Shown here: positions 41,655-52,661 of the stretch, one piece after another
Layout of the letters: each line of letters starts with the position of its first letter
Numbering within the stretch: the first letter of the stretch is position 1
Assembly: GCA_965263355.1 (NCBI GenBank)
Contig: CBDHHL010000032.1
Location: 2,016,001-2,080,000, forward strand
Length of the DNA stretch: 64,000 nt
Direction of reading: 5' to 3'
Source of the DNA: Leptolyngbyaceae cyanobacterium
Lineage (GTDB): Bacteria > Cyanobacteriota > Cyanobacteriia > Phormidesmidales > Phormidesmidaceae
Position numbers and translations under genes: made by a program
The notes under the pieces: generated by a model
What the model was told of the DNA's origin: nothing
Databases searched by the model: none
Seen by the model: only the letters and a program-made list of their open reading frames with translations

Positions 41655-44600
41655 TTAAACAACCTCAGTAGGCACCTGTGTAGCGCCTAAATCCATTAGG
41701 GCAGACATCATTACATCGGTTAACCCGATCACTCCGTTAATATTCATTCCCTCGTAGGGGCGGGCAGTTTTCATCGTCCTAATGCACTCACTAGATTGGA
41801 TATCCCATAGCCTGATTGTTTCGTCGTCACTGCTGCTAGCGAGTAGCTGACCATTAGCAGAGGGCTTGATCGACCAGATAGACCCCATATGTCCCTGCAA
41901 CTTTCTGATACAGCAACCACTTTCGATATCCCAACATCTGATCGTATTGTCATCACTGCTAGTCGCAATCAGGTTGTCTTCTGCAATAAAGCAGATAGTC
42001 TGCAACCAAGTTATGCCTGTTTGCAAGACTGTCAAGCATTCCCCTGTTAAAACAGAATAGATATGAATGGTTTGGTCAGGGCCAGCAGTCGCCAGTCGTT
42101 TGCCGTTAGCACTGATTGCGATCGCCCAAATCAAGCTAGTATGTCCTGACAAAATCTTCAGGCACTTGCCTGTTTGAACATCCCATAATCGAGTGGTTTT
42201 GTCCCATGAACCACTGGCAAGAATGCCAGCTTGAGCGCTAAATGCTACCGACCACACAGCCCCCTCATGACCTGTGAGGGTTTTTACTAATCGTCCTGAG
42301 GCCGTATCCCACAGATTAATGGTGCAATCTTCAGAACCGCTGGCCAGCATTTGCCGTTTGCCATCTTTGAGAAACGTGACCGATAGTACGGCTGCCTGAT
42401 GCCCTCGCAGTGTTCGAATAGCACAGCCTGATTTTACGTTCCACAGCTTTAAGGTGGTATCGCCGCTAGCGCTGACCAGCATCTCATCATCGTCAGGGTT
42501 AAATACTACATCGTGAATACAGTTAGAATGCCCCGCACAGATTCGTATACACTTTCCTGTCTCGATATGCCATAGCTTCAGGGTTCTGTCACGGCCACCA
42601 CTAACTAAAACGTTGCTGTTGGGGCTAAACGCCACGGAAAGAACTTGATTGGTATGACCTTGCAATGTCTTTAAACATTGGCCTGTCTCTGGATTCCAGA
42701 GCTTTACAAGTTGACAGTGACCACCACTGGCCAATAGATTTTCACGGGGACTAAACGCTACTGAAAAAACCCAGCTATCATGGCCCTGCAGAGTATTGAC
42801 ACAGTCCCCCTGTTTCAGATCCCAGATCTTAACGGTTTGGTCATGGGCACCACTGGCAACAAACTTACTTCGAAAGTCAAAGGCTACAGAAAAAACTCGG
42901 TTTGTATGTCCCTCAAATGTTTTAATGCATTGCCCCGTATTGGTATCCCACAGGTGAACTCGGTAATCTTCATCACCACCAGCAATAAATTGGCCACAGG
43001 TCGAAACTGCAATTGAGCGGATACTACTACCGATACTCTCAAAGGTGCGATCGCACTCACCAGCCTCAATATCCCAAGTTTTGACTGTAGAATCATCGCT
43101 ACAACTAACTAACAAATCTTTCCTCGCTTTATGCCCTTGGCAAGAAACTGAACTGTCTTCGCCATTGACTTGCATAAATTTGACAGAAAGCACCCAGCTC
43201 TGATGGCCTGTCAAGGCTTGAAAGAGCTCACCTGAATTAACATGCCAAAGTCGAATTTTTCGATCATCACAACCACTGGCCAATAACTCACCATCAGGAC
43301 TGAACTCAACCGCCCAAACTTCATCGTCATGCTGACCCAGGATGTTTAAGCAATGCCCCCTTTTGATGTCCCATATTCTAGCAGTACGATCAGTACTTCC
43401 ACTTGCCAGTAAACAACCGTCTGGGCTAAAGGAAATTGAGGTAACCCAACCGGCATGGCTGCCTAGACTATGTAGCAATTGACCAGTGTCAACTTGGTAT
43501 AAGTATATTTCTCCATGGTTATCGCCTACGGCTAAAAGCTTGCCATCAAGAGAAAACGCCACCGAGAAAATGGCTCCAAAGGTATTGGTAAATAAGCAGC
43601 GATCAAAACTAACCCTGGCAAAATTAGTCTTGTTCAGATGTACATTCGTAAAATCTGCTTGCCGAATCGCAATACTTGAAAAGTCACGATTATTTAGATT
43701 TGTTCCCAATTGAATCAGAAGATTGATGATGTTGCCGCCAAGATAGCCAGCATCTAAGTTTACGTTTGTTTGCTGTTGGCTTAAAACTTCGTACAGATGC
43801 AGCTCCAGGTTAGAGCTGCCTCGAAAATTTTGTTTTAGCCGCTCCAGAACAGGCAAAATAAACAAACGGATTTGAACTTGCTTCACATAGTCATCTGCAG
43901 TTGCTTTCATCAAAGCATGTGTAATCAGTAAAGAGAAGTCCTGCTCAACAATTTCTCGACAAGCTTCTTCGACTATCATCATGTTAATGTGGCTGATGAC
44001 AACAGATTGCATAGAAAAACATGAGTCAACCTGTTCAATCAAACAGCGCCGATTTAACGACTCAATAGCTTCAAAAAGATCAGATTTTGACGTTACGGTA
44101 ACTATGTCCTGGCATAGGTCACTTAGGGTAATAGGCTCATGATTAATGGCAAGCCAAATCAATATCTCTCTCTCAAGTTTAGTAAGCCGCCGACAGTGCT
44201 GCTCAATTAAATCTCGAATCCCACCAAATACAACTATTTCTTGAGCTAAAAATTCTGAAATATTGCCATCAAAAACCTCCCTGATCAACGTCGAAGTCAT
44301 TTCCAACGCAAGCGGGTTTCCCTTATAGCGTTCAACGACTTGGTTGAGATGCTCAACTTGACCATTGACCCTCTTTTTCTCAAGAATTTTCCTGCCAAAT
44401 TCAGTCTCTAGCCCTTCTAGTCTCAGGGCTTTGACAGGTATTCCTTCCCCCTCCATAAACGATGTTTCTTTGGGCTTCTCACGAGTTATAATTAACAAAC
44501 AGCTTTGATGAGCAGTTTCGATAACTTTTCTGAAGAGATCGCCATAGGCTTCATAGCCGTTGAGAAATCGCCCAGCATAGTGATTATCACAGAATAAAGC

Positions 44601-45233
44601 ATCAACATTATCTAATACAATCAAGCAGCGAGATGTGCGCAGGCAATCAATCAGTTTTAGTATTTTCTGAAGGTTATTGGCGGATTTGCTAGCGCTTTTA
44701 GATTCACCTGATATTGACTGAACTAAATCGTTTACCAAAATATCAAAGGCGGTCATATTGCGAAGTGATTTCCAAATCACGCAATCAAACTTTTCTATTG
44801 AAGATTCCAGTAGCCGCACAGATAAACTCGTTTTGCCCAGACCACCTATGCCGAACACAGTTACCAAACGGCATTTGTCCACGATGATCCATTGCTGTAG
44901 AAGCTTAAGTTCCTGATCTCTGCCAGCAAAAAACAGGGGAGATGGCATACTCCTTAAGTCTTTGCAAGTTTTCCTAGTTTCACTAGAGTAAAAATCTTCA
45001 GATAACTCAATCTCAAACGCTTGAAAGAGGAGTTCAAGTGTTCGCTTATCAACCTTTTCGCGACTGTTTAACGCTTTTCTAGCGGTGGCAGGATCTAAGC
45101 CTGCTATTTGACCTATTTTCTCAAGTGATAACCGTCCAACTTCATAATGTATGCTTTCATATTCTTTGAGGACCGCTTGAAACTTTTCTAACCCTTCAGT
45201 GGTTAATCTAACCCCTCGATTTCGCCTTTTCAT
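41655..45233 (-). CDS. NB-ARC (STAND) NTPase with N-terminal HTH-like domain and WD40 repeats
   Basis: FAGRDQEL, Walker [21 protein letters not shown]; more than 12 GH..WD repeats. Confidence 0.92.
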   Translation of the reverse strand: MKRRNRGVRLTTEGLEKFQAVLKEYESIHYEVGRLSLEKIGQIAGLDPATARKALNSREKVDKRTLELLFQAFEIELSEDFYSSETRKTCKDLRSMPSPLFFAGRDQELKLLQQWIIVDKCRLVTVFGIGGLGKTSLSVRLLESSIEKFDCVIWKSLRNMTAFDILVNDLVQSISGESKSASKSANNLQKILKLIDCLRTSRCLIVLDNVDALFCDNHYAGRFLNGYEAYGDLFRKVIETAHQSCLLIITREKPKETSFMEGEGIPVKALRLEGLETEFGRKILEKKRVNGQVEHLNQVVERYKGNPLALEMTSTLIREVFDGNISEFLAQEIVVFGGIRDLIEQHCRRLTKLEREILIWLAINHEPITLSDLCQDIVTVTSKSDLFEAIESLNRRCLIEQVDSCFSMQSVVISHINMMIVEEACREIVEQDFSLLITHALMKATADDYVKQVQIRLFILPVLERLKQNFRGSSNLELHLYEVLSQQQTNVNLDAGYLGGNIINLLIQLGTNLNNRDFSSIAIRQADFTNVHLNKTNFARVSFDRCLFTNTFGAIFSVAFSLDGKLLAVGDNHGEIYLYQVDTGQLLHSLGSHAGWVTSISFSPDGCLLASGSTDRTARIWDIKRGHCLNILGQHDDEVWAVEFSPDGELLASGCDDRKIRLWHVNSGELFQALTGHQSWVLSVKFMQVNGEDSSVSCQGHKARKDLLVSCSDDSTVKTWDIEAGECDRTFESIGSSIRSIAVSTCGQFIAGGDEDYRVHLWDTNTGQCIKTFEGHTNRVFSVAFDFRSKFVASGAHDQTVKIWDLKQGDCVNTLQGHDSWVFSVAFSPRENLLASGGHCQLVKLWNPETGQCLKTLQGHTNQVLSVAFSPNSNVLVSGGRDRTLKLWHIETGKCIRICAGHSNCIHDVVFNPDDDEMLVSASGDTTLKLWNVKSGCAIRTLRGHQAAVLSVTFLKDGKRQMLASGSEDCTINLWDTASGRLVKTLTGHEGAVWSVAFSAQAGILASGSWDKTTRLWDVQTGKCLKILSGHTSLIWAIAISANGKRLATAGPDQTIHIYSVLTGECLTVLQTGITWLQTICFIAEDNLIATSSDDNTIRCWDIESGCCIRKLQGHMGSIWSIKPSANGQLLASSSDDETIRLWDIQSSECIRTMKTARPYEGMNINGVIGLTDVMMSALMDLGATQVPTEVV

Positions 45234-46161
45234 AATTTATGAGTTCTACCAAAAGGCACCTTTGGGAAAAAGGACTTATTTTTCTACACAAGGATAATAT
45301 CGCATTACTTAAATTTTCGATAGACTTCCTGCATAATATTTCTATGGTATACTAGAGAGTTTTTGCTACTTTTTATCGTCCTATTGACAGGGGCGAAAAT
45401 TTTAGGATGTTCAAACCCTCTAACGTTTACTTTCATATCGAGCTGAGCCCCTGAATCCGGAAGATAAGCAGTACCAGAGGGGAATAGCTGGCTATCATGC
45501 CAATGCTCTATCCTCAAAAAAGCCCAAGTAATGTACTCATGTAGCTTGATCCCCGATTTGGGTTGTTCACCGTCCATGCCTGCAAACAACTTGAGTGATG
45601 GTGTTCTATTTATATGCAAATGTCTTAAAGTATAAAGATATTTAGGTGCGAATATCTCAAGATTGTTTTTATATTTTTAACGTCTGGTTAAAGACTCCAA
45701 GAAACATAAGGAAGTTAAGCAGGAAGTTAAGCGCGCTCAACTGTTAAAAGACGATTTTCTGTACACGATTACCGTTGCACAACACCGATCTGACTATAAG
45801 GCTAAGTATTTTTGCTTATCAAACTTAAGCTCGGCCTGTTCTTTTGTTTTTTTATATTATTGGTGAAAGTGATTGATTTTTAGATAGTTACAAGCCTCTA
45901 TCGATGCCGATAGACATAACTTTCTCCGTAAAATCCTTATCATTTCTGGTCAAGCTCTAGGTGATAACCGATAGTAGGCCCAGTGGTTTTTTTGGACTTT
46001 GGTCAATTGTTCTCTCAATGGCTACAGGGGTTAACTAACATTCTGCCCACTGACAGGATTGTTATTGATTTGCATCTTTTGGGCCTCTATGTGTGAGGTG
46101 CTTATTTTTTGGCTATACAACTAATAAATAACAAAGTGACCTACGAAAAATCGTTTTTAAG

Positions 46162-46503
46162 GTGAGATCGTTTTTTGAGGTGAGTAATTTGCAAGAATCT
46201 GTTGTCAAAATTCGTTTGTCCAAACCACTTAAATATCATTTCAAGTCACTTTGTGCCAAAAAGGGATTAAAAATGAAGCTTGTACTTGAATCATTGATCC
46301 GTGAATGGGTTGAGTCGAACGGTTCAGTCTCAGGTTTTATAAAACCCTTAGTAGCCAAATCAGATATTACTGAAGAGGACGTTAAAGCCTATATTCATAG
46401 CGAGTTAAAGACTCAGTTTAAGATTCTCTGTGTTCAGCACAATGTGCCCCAACGCTTTGTTCTCTATAACTTAATCCGCCAGTGGATTAGTGATGCATCA
46501 TGA
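46162..46503 (+). CDS. Tandem ribbon-helix-helix (ParG-like) DNA-binding protein
   Basis: Two internal repeats VKIRLSKPLKYHFKSLC..LIREWV / VKAYIHSELKTQFKILC..LIRQWI; ATGA overlap with the next gene. Confidence 0.65.
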   Translation: MRSFFEVSNLQESVVKIRLSKPLKYHFKSLCAKKGLKMKLVLESLIREWVESNGSVSGFIKPLVAKSDITEEDVKAYIHSELKTQFKILCVQHNVPQRFVLYNLIRQWISDAS

Positions 46504-47246
46504 CATTCTCGATTCCTGCTCCCAAGTCCTATTTAGGATGTCTGCTGCAATCTTTCAAAACCAGAAAAGATCTGAGGCAGTATCATTTAGATCAAACTCG
46601 TCAGCTTTTGGATAAATCTGTCCTCAGAGCTGCTGAAACAGTACTGAAAGATTATCAACCATTGCCGTTTACGACGTCTCAATGGGTTTGGAAGCTTGCT
46701 AACTTTTACTATTTGACCCATTTTACCTCGCAGTTTATGGCGATGGCTGCTCAGAAATTTGCCGCTCAAGGGCGATCACACTTAGCCAATTGGGCATGGC
46801 AAAAAGCTAAAGAGGAAGATCATCATGATCAACTAGCGTTGCTCGATATTGAATCGTTGGGATATGACCCAATTGCTGTAGTTGAAGCCTTTTCCAGTCA
46901 GTCTGCGCAGCTTATTGACTACTTTCGCCAAACTGTGCAAACCGATGATCCAATTGACTGTGTCGGTTACTGCTATGCGATGGAACGGATTGCAATGAGT
47001 GTACGAGCAGAGCACATTCAAGCGATCGCCGATTCCCTGCCTGTGGGTGTGAGTGCAACACGTTGTTTACACACCCATAGCGCGATCGGTAGCGATGCAT
47101 CCCACGTCAACGAAACTGTTGAAGTTGTTGCAGGACTTAGCCAGCAAACACGCTACAGAATTGCCCAGGCCTGTGAAACAACTACTTTTCTCCATTTTAA
47201 TATGATTAAGGAGTATAGCCTATCGGAACAAGAACTACAGATCTAA
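46500..47246 (+). CDS. Heme-oxygenase-like (iron-containing redox / HDO superfamily) protein
   Basis: KAKEEDHHD, GYCYAME and THSAIGSDASHV are E/H-rich metal-ligand patterns typical of HO-like diiron enzymes. Confidence 0.7.
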   Translation: MTFSIPAPKSYLGCLLQSFKTRKDLRQYHLDQTRQLLDKSVLRAAETVLKDYQPLPFTTSQWVWKLANFYYLTHFTSQFMAMAAQKFAAQGRSHLANWAWQKAKEEDHHDQLALLDIESLGYDPIAVVEAFSSQSAQLIDYFRQTVQTDDPIDCVGYCYAMERIAMSVRAEHIQAIADSLPVGVSATRCLHTHSAIGSDASHVNETVEVVAGLSQQTRYRIAQACETTTFLHFNMIKEYSLSEQELQI

Positions 47247-47276
47247 CTGAAGACATTGAGTCTGAAGACATTGAGT
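47247..47276. repeat. 15-bp tandem duplication CTGAAGACATTGAGT x2
   Basis: Seen directly after the stop of the HO-like gene. Confidence 0.8.
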
Positions 47277-47371
47277 CTTTGACTTAACTGAACAGATGAA
47301 TCAGTTAACCTTAACGGTGAGCTTTAATTTTTCCAACAAATCGATACCCAAAATCAAACAAGGAGCTATCC

Positions 47372-47533
47372 ATGACTATAGCAATGATGTCTGTCAAAGC
47401 GCAAAACTGGTCTCTCTTAAACACACTTTTTTCAAGAGATAAACCCACAACTAACGCTACACATGACCTGGAAAAATTTCTGGATAGCCAACTGAACAAG
47501 GAACTGCTGCCCCTTATTTCAGCAGCTTTCTAA
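47372..47533 (+). CDS. Small 53-aa protein MTIAMMSVKAQNWSLLNTLFSRDKPTTNATHDLEKFLDSQLNKELLPLISAAF
   Basis: Below the ORF-track cutoff; strong RBS AAGGAG 6 nt before ATG; co-oriented downstream of the HO-like gene. Confidence 0.65.
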   Translation: MTIAMMSVKAQNWSLLNTLFSRDKPTTNATHDLEKFLDSQLNKELLPLISAAF

Positions 47534-47639
47534 CAGCAGGTCTGATGAGTGAATGAGTAGTCTGTCAAGTTTAAAGTTTTGGGCAAGACGATGGGGGGTG
47601 CATAGTGTTTCACCGATAACAACTATATTACCTTTTCCA

Positions 47640-47770
47640 GGCTTTGGTGCATAATTCAGCCCTTGATTTACAAGGGTTTCAGGCATTGAACAGGCTATAA
47701 ATAGGGCATTTTACCGGATCTTGATCGCTGAAACCCTTGATATGACTGGATTTATTTATGCACCAAAGCC
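47640..47770. mobile_element. 131-bp MITE, IS903-like ends (IS5 family)
   Basis: 15-bp perfect TIRs GGCTTTGGTGCATAA/TTATGCACCAAAGCC; 9-bp target duplication CCTTTTCCA (47631-47639, 47771-47779); internal IR CAAGGGTTTCAG/CTGAAACCCTTG. Confidence 0.88.
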
Positions 47771-47854
47771 CCTTTTCCACCCAAAATTAAATTCTGACAG
47801 ACTACTCGTATTCTAAATAAGTAGATTGATAGTTGTTAACTTTCGGTTCCGGCT

Positions 47855-49417
47855 ATGCCTCCAGATTACCAAAGTCATTCACTTAACAATCTGACGATGT
47901 TAAAGCATTCGGCTCCATCGCCATACGCACTGAAGTTACTTCTTGATAATTTACAAGACCCCATTATCTGGGTTTCTCACGAGGCTCAGGTTCTCCATGC
48001 TAATTCTGCGACCCTTGAACTATCCACTGAATATCCACAACTGTTGGCTGATACCCTGCTCTATAAACAGGGTTGGAACCTATCCACAAGTGTTTGGCAG
48101 TCCCATTGGCAAAATGCCTTGGAAAGGCATTCCAGTAGTTGGCCAATTAAACTGCAATCACACCATGGCTCGTCACTAAATTTACGAGTACAACTAACTG
48201 CAGTTAGTTTGGAATATGGTTTTTTACAGTTGCAAATACAGTCTCCTTTGTGTGCTACGGATCCTGAAGGTAGCCCTTCGATGGATGCTTCAGTTAATAG
48301 TCCTGCTAGCGATAATAATAAACAATTAATAGAGAGGGCACGGCTTAAATCTATAATTGATGCAACTGGGTTAGGCATCGTTATTTTCAATCTCTCAGGT
48401 GAGATTATTGAAATCAGCTCAGTATTTATGGAAATGTGGTGTCAAAATCACCGCCAAAGCGATTTAAAGACACAAGAGCAGATAAAAGCACTTATTAATA
48501 AATATCTTCAATCACCCAGTAAATTTTCATTCAAAGAAAATTTTGCAGATATTGATCCACAATTAGATTGTCCGCGTTTAAAGCTAGTAGATGGTCGTAC
48601 TATTGAGTATTGGGTATGTTCTGAAAAATCAAATAGTCATGTTATAGGATACGTTTGGAGCTTTCGCGATATTACTCAACGCACAAAAGTAGAGAACGAA
48701 CTGACGCAATCACTCAAACAAGAGCGTGATTTAAGTGATTTAAGAGCCCAATTTTTGCGTGTGATTTCCCATGAGTTCCGTTCTCCACTAAATGACATCG
48801 CCATCTCAGCCAATGCTCTAATACGCTATCAACAACGATGGACAGAAACCGATAAAATTGACTGTATTGAAAGTGTACAATTTGATGTGCAGAAACTTAC
48901 CAAGTTATTAGATGATGTACTTTCAATTAGTCAGACAGATTTATCCCATATTCATTCTCAAAACCAGTCCTTAAACCTCATCCAATTCTGCACTAATCTT
49001 TTAGATGAGTTAAAAAGGCGTGATAATCATCAGCATCCAATAGTGGTTAATCACTATGGTGATTACAATACTATTTTGATCAATGATCAGCTACTTAGGT
49101 TGATTTTAATTAATTTACTATGCAATGCTATCAAATACTCTCCCAACGGTGAGCCTATTCAGCTTGACATTCATTGTGAACAAACCCTCTTAACCATTGA
49201 AGTTCAAGACCGTGGTATTGGGATTTCTAGCGCTGACCAAGTCAATATTTTTAATCCTTTTTGTCGTGGTAGCAACGTTAAATATATTTCTGGATTAGGG
49301 TTGGGCTTGACAATTGTAAAAATGGTTGTTGATTTCTACGGGGGATCCCTTGAAGTCATTAGCGCTATTAACAGAGGAAGTCTATTCCGCATAATACTGC
49401 CTCTCTGTCCTACTTAA
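47855..49417 (+). CDS. PAS-domain sensor histidine kinase
   Basis: PAS-like segments (WSFRDITQR), H box SHEFRSPL, N box NAIKYS, G boxes DRGIGI and GLGLGL. Confidence 0.92.
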   Translation: MPPDYQSHSLNNLTMLKHSAPSPYALKLLLDNLQDPIIWVSHEAQVLHANSATLELSTEYPQLLADTLLYKQGWNLSTSVWQSHWQNALERHSSSWPIKLQSHHGSSLNLRVQLTAVSLEYGFLQLQIQSPLCATDPEGSPSMDASVNSPASDNNKQLIERARLKSIIDATGLGIVIFNLSGEIIEISSVFMEMWCQNHRQSDLKTQEQIKALINKYLQSPSKFSFKENFADIDPQLDCPRLKLVDGRTIEYWVCSEKSNSHVIGYVWSFRDITQRTKVENELTQSLKQERDLSDLRAQFLRVISHEFRSPLNDIAISANALIRYQQRWTETDKIDCIESVQFDVQKLTKLLDDVLSISQTDLSHIHSQNQSLNLIQFCTNLLDELKRRDNHQHPIVVNHYGDYNTILINDQLLRLILINLLCNAIKYSPNGEPIQLDIHCEQTLLTIEVQDRGIGISSADQVNIFNPFCRGSNVKYISGLGLGLTIVKMVVDFYGGSLEVISAINRGSLFRIILPLCPT

Positions 49418-49491
49418 TTTTAAGAAGTTAACGTCAGTCTCTTAAACCATGAGCAAGTTGATGCATCTACACCCAGGGAGTCCTAAAACCA

Positions 49492-50289
49492 ATGTCAAAG
49501 ATTTTGCTGATTGAAGATTCGTCGCGTACAATTGCTCTTTTTGAAAAGTGTTTGAGTAGCGAAGGGTACGATATTCTAACCGCGCAGAATGGGCAAGACG
49601 GAATTCAGTCTGTTCACAGACATCAGCCTGATCTGATTATTTGCGATATAGCAATGCCGCAATGCAATGGGTTTGAGGTTTTGTCTAGTTTACGTCAAGA
49701 CCCTATGACAGCTATGATACCATTTATTTTTTTGAGCGCGCGCTCTGCCAGGGCAGATGTTCGATATGGCATGGATCTGGGGGCTGACGACTATCTGACA
49801 AAACCCTGCTCAATAGATGAACTTCTCCGTGCTGTGTCAAGTCGTCTAAATCGGCAAAAAACATTTCAGCAATGGTGTATCACTGTGTGTCAGAATGACC
49901 CTTCTGGGGGGCTAAACACCTTTGAAGATCAAGACTCAATTACTCCAGATTCGATTTTTCCTAGTATTCCAAAACTTAGAAAAATTTTTGACTTCATCGA
50001 GGAAAAATTTCGGCAACCAATTACTTTAGCAGATATTGCTAGAGCCACGAATTATTCACCCGCTTATATGACCCACTTGGTTAAACTTCAAACCAAGCGG
50101 AGTGTCCACTGTTGGATTATTGAACGCCGTATGTTAGAGGCGAGGAAACTTCTCTTAGAGGATCATCTTACCGTTAAAGAGATTGCGCTTCAAATTGGTT
50201 ACAGTGATCCTAGCTATTTCATGCGACAGTTTAAGCAGCATCACAAAATATCTGCTAAAGCATGGCAAAAGAAACATTTGCAGGATTGA
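49492..50289 (+). CDS. Response regulator, REC + AraC-type HTH (paralog of 8812..9609)
   Basis: IEDS, DLIICDIAMP, GADDYLTKP; AraC C-terminus; same 265-aa length as its paralog. Confidence 0.93.
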   Translation: MSKILLIEDSSRTIALFEKCLSSEGYDILTAQNGQDGIQSVHRHQPDLIICDIAMPQCNGFEVLSSLRQDPMTAMIPFIFLSARSARADVRYGMDLGADDYLTKPCSIDELLRAVSSRLNRQKTFQQWCITVCQNDPSGGLNTFEDQDSITPDSIFPSIPKLRKIFDFIEEKFRQPITLADIARATNYSPAYMTHLVKLQTKRSVHCWIIERRMLEARKLLLEDHLTVKEIALQIGYSDPSYFMRQFKQHHKISAKAWQKKHLQD

Positions 50290-50461
50290 TCTATTAAGAT
50301 AGATACTATTTTTTTGTCCTCAAGATGTACATTTTTGAGGGAAGAGTTCAAAATTTTTTCTATTGTTTACATTCAGACAAGTATCTATGCTTAAGTCAAA
50401 TATTTGTTGGCTTGCAAAGAAATTAAAGCATGACTTGTCATTAGATTATTATGGAGAGACT

Positions 50462-51745
50462 ATGGAAAAACTAGCAATCATTGGGGCTGGCATTTCAGGT
50501 ACCCCTGCTGCATTTTACTTACAAGATCACTATGAAATCGATATTTTTGAAAAAAGCGATCGCGTAGGTGGTCATGCTAATACGCTAGATGTAGCAGAGG
50601 GGGATAAAATTCTCTCTTTCGATACAGCTTTTGTTGTTTGCAATAAGCCTAACTATCCTAATTTATTCAAGTTTTTTGAAGATATTGGCGTCTCAACACA
50701 GAAGCATCTTGGCGGATTTAATTTTTATAATCTGAGCACAGGTCTTCAGTTTAACTCAGATGACTTTAGTCTCACTCCAGCTGAGGTTGAAGCTAAGTAT
50801 GATGCAAACTTTGTTGAAATTTACCGTGAAGCTAATCGATTCTTTGCGGAGTCTAGAAAAGATTTTTGGGCTGGAAAAACTCGACTTCCACTACGGGACT
50901 ATTTGGATCAAAATCAATATAGCCAAGCATTTCGCGATGATTTTGTGATCTTGATGGGCTCAGCTGTTTGGTCAATTCCTGCTGAGTCCTTAATGGACTT
51001 TCCTGCATCTACCTTTATTAGCTTTTTTATGACCCACGATAAAGGTGGATTAGGGGGGCGTGCTGTTGAATGGGAAACCGTAGCCGGAGGTAGCACGCGC
51101 TATGTAGAGAAAGTCAAATCATTGCTCAAACGTCCCATTCGGATCCAAGAAGAGGTATTGTCCGTTAGTCGTGATAATGGTGGTGTAATCGTTAAAACAG
51201 CCAATGGCGAAGAACGCTATGACAAAGCCATTATCGCCACCCATGCGGATCAAGCCTTAAAGCTTCTAACTGCACCAACAGACTTAGAAACATCTATCTT
51301 GGGTTGCTTTAAGTACCACACGACAGACGTGACGGTTCACACCGATCCTGTCATTTTAAATGAAGACAAAACCAAGTGGCAATCCTGGAACTATGGTCAA
51401 ATAGAGAAAGAAGATACGCTATACACATTTGTCACGTACTATGCGAACAAAGTGCATGACTTTGAAGCAGAGAACGACTATTTCGTTTCATTGGATACGC
51501 CGCCCTTAGCACTTGATCCAGAGAAAGTGATTAGAGTTATCCGCTATCGACATCCAGAATATGACATGAATACACTGGAGGCTCAAAAGCAAATTCATGA
51601 TCTAAACGAGAACGGTCCTATTTACTTTTCTGGAACTTACTTTCATGTTAAAAATCGTGGGATTGACTCCTATGGATTCCATGAAAGTGGCATTTCAGCA
51701 GCTTTAGCAGTTGCCAATAAGTTGTTGCCTGAGTCTGTCAATTAA
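50462..51745 (+). CDS. FAD-dependent oxidoreductase (amine-oxidase fold, COG2907-like)
   Basis: IIGAGISG, RVGGHANT, DTAFVVCN..NYPN, ATHADQAL, SWNY, GFHESG; RBS GGAGAG before ATG 50462. Confidence 0.85.
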   Translation: MEKLAIIGAGISGTPAAFYLQDHYEIDIFEKSDRVGGHANTLDVAEGDKILSFDTAFVVCNKPNYPNLFKFFEDIGVSTQKHLGGFNFYNLSTGLQFNSDDFSLTPAEVEAKYDANFVEIYREANRFFAESRKDFWAGKTRLPLRDYLDQNQYSQAFRDDFVILMGSAVWSIPAESLMDFPASTFISFFMTHDKGGLGGRAVEWETVAGGSTRYVEKVKSLLKRPIRIQEEVLSVSRDNGGVIVKTANGEERYDKAIIATHADQALKLLTAPTDLETSILGCFKYHTTDVTVHTDPVILNEDKTKWQSWNYGQIEKEDTLYTFVTYYANKVHDFEAENDYFVSLDTPPLALDPEKVIRVIRYRHPEYDMNTLEAQKQIHDLNENGPIYFSGTYFHVKNRGIDSYGFHESGISAALAVANKLLPESVN

Positions 51746-51777
51746 TTTCACTCATGTCCAATTTTAATTTTTGAAAA

Positions 51778-51812
51778 ATTACTCTCTTAAAATGTAATTT
51801 TAAGAGAGTAAT
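51778..51812. terminator. Perfect 16-bp inverted repeat (ATTACTCTCTTAAAAT-GTA-ATTTTAAGAGAGTAAT)
   Basis: Intergenic between flavoprotein and thioesterase; could be a terminator, processing stem or operator. Confidence 0.5.
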
Positions 51813-51856
51813 ACTGGTACACAGTTTCAAAATCTGTAGTAACAATAGCTGGATAT

Positions 51857-52651
51857 ATGAGTTTTCCCCACATATCAACTAGTTGGCTTGTCTGTCCTAA
51901 TCAGAATTCTGCAGCCAGATTACGATTATTTTGTTTCCCCTGTGCGGGAGGAATGATATCTGCCTATACTCGTTGGGCTAAATTGTTACCTTCAGACATT
52001 GAAGTTCATGTCGTGCATTTGCCGGGTCGAGGGAAGCGTTTTGAGGAACCACTTTTTCTGCGTTTAACTGATCTGCTACCTGTTCTTGCTGAGGCGATGA
52101 TGCCCTATTTGGATATTCCTTTTGCTTTTCTGGGGCATAGCATGGGAGCTGTTCTATGTTTTGAGTTAGCACGCTACCTGCGCAAAGAAAAAGCCAACTT
52201 TCCTTTGCACTTAATCTGTTGTAGCTGTCCAGCACCACAAACGCCCATAGCTACACCGCACATTCATACCCTGGACCAGAAAGAATTTTTGGCTGAATTG
52301 AATCTTCGCTACAATGCTATACCTTCCCATATTCAGAATGATCCAGATATTCTCGGTCTCTTTTTGCCAAGTTTACGTGGAGATTTTACAATACTTGAGA
52401 ATTATGAGTATACGCCTGATTTACCATTAAATTGTCCAATTAGTGTTTATTCTGGACTACAAGATAAAGCTATTAGTGATTCTGACCTTGCTGGATGGTG
52501 TGATCAAACCAGTAAGGACTTTGAATTGATTATGTTTAAAGGAGATCACTTTTTTCTGCACAATCCTTCTCAAGCGTTAGTAGATAGATTAACTCATACA
52601 TTAAAAAATCTTAGTAGCGCTAAGGAGTCAATGTTGGGCACATTTGTTTGA
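51857..52651 (+). CDS. Type II thioesterase
   Basis: RLFCFPCAGG, GHSMGA, GDHFF. Confidence 0.93.
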   Translation: MSFPHISTSWLVCPNQNSAARLRLFCFPCAGGMISAYTRWAKLLPSDIEVHVVHLPGRGKRFEEPLFLRLTDLLPVLAEAMMPYLDIPFAFLGHSMGAVLCFELARYLRKEKANFPLHLICCSCPAPQTPIATPHIHTLDQKEFLAELNLRYNAIPSHIQNDPDILGLFLPSLRGDFTILENYEYTPDLPLNCPISVYSGLQDKAISDSDLAGWCDQTSKDFELIMFKGDHFFLHNPSQALVDRLTHTLKNLSSAKESMLGTFV

Positions 52652-52661
52652 AGGAGACTAA

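Noticed and set aside
45305..45619. 104-aa ORF upstream of the WD40 gene
   Set aside because: TTG start, no motif or RBS; cannot be supported.
45709..45732. 12-bp tandem repeat AGGAAGTTAAGC x2
   Set aside because: Isolated slippage-type duplication without supporting context.
47311..47499. 62-aa minus-strand ORF
   Set aside because: Overlaps the better-supported plus-strand 53-aa ORF with a strong RBS.
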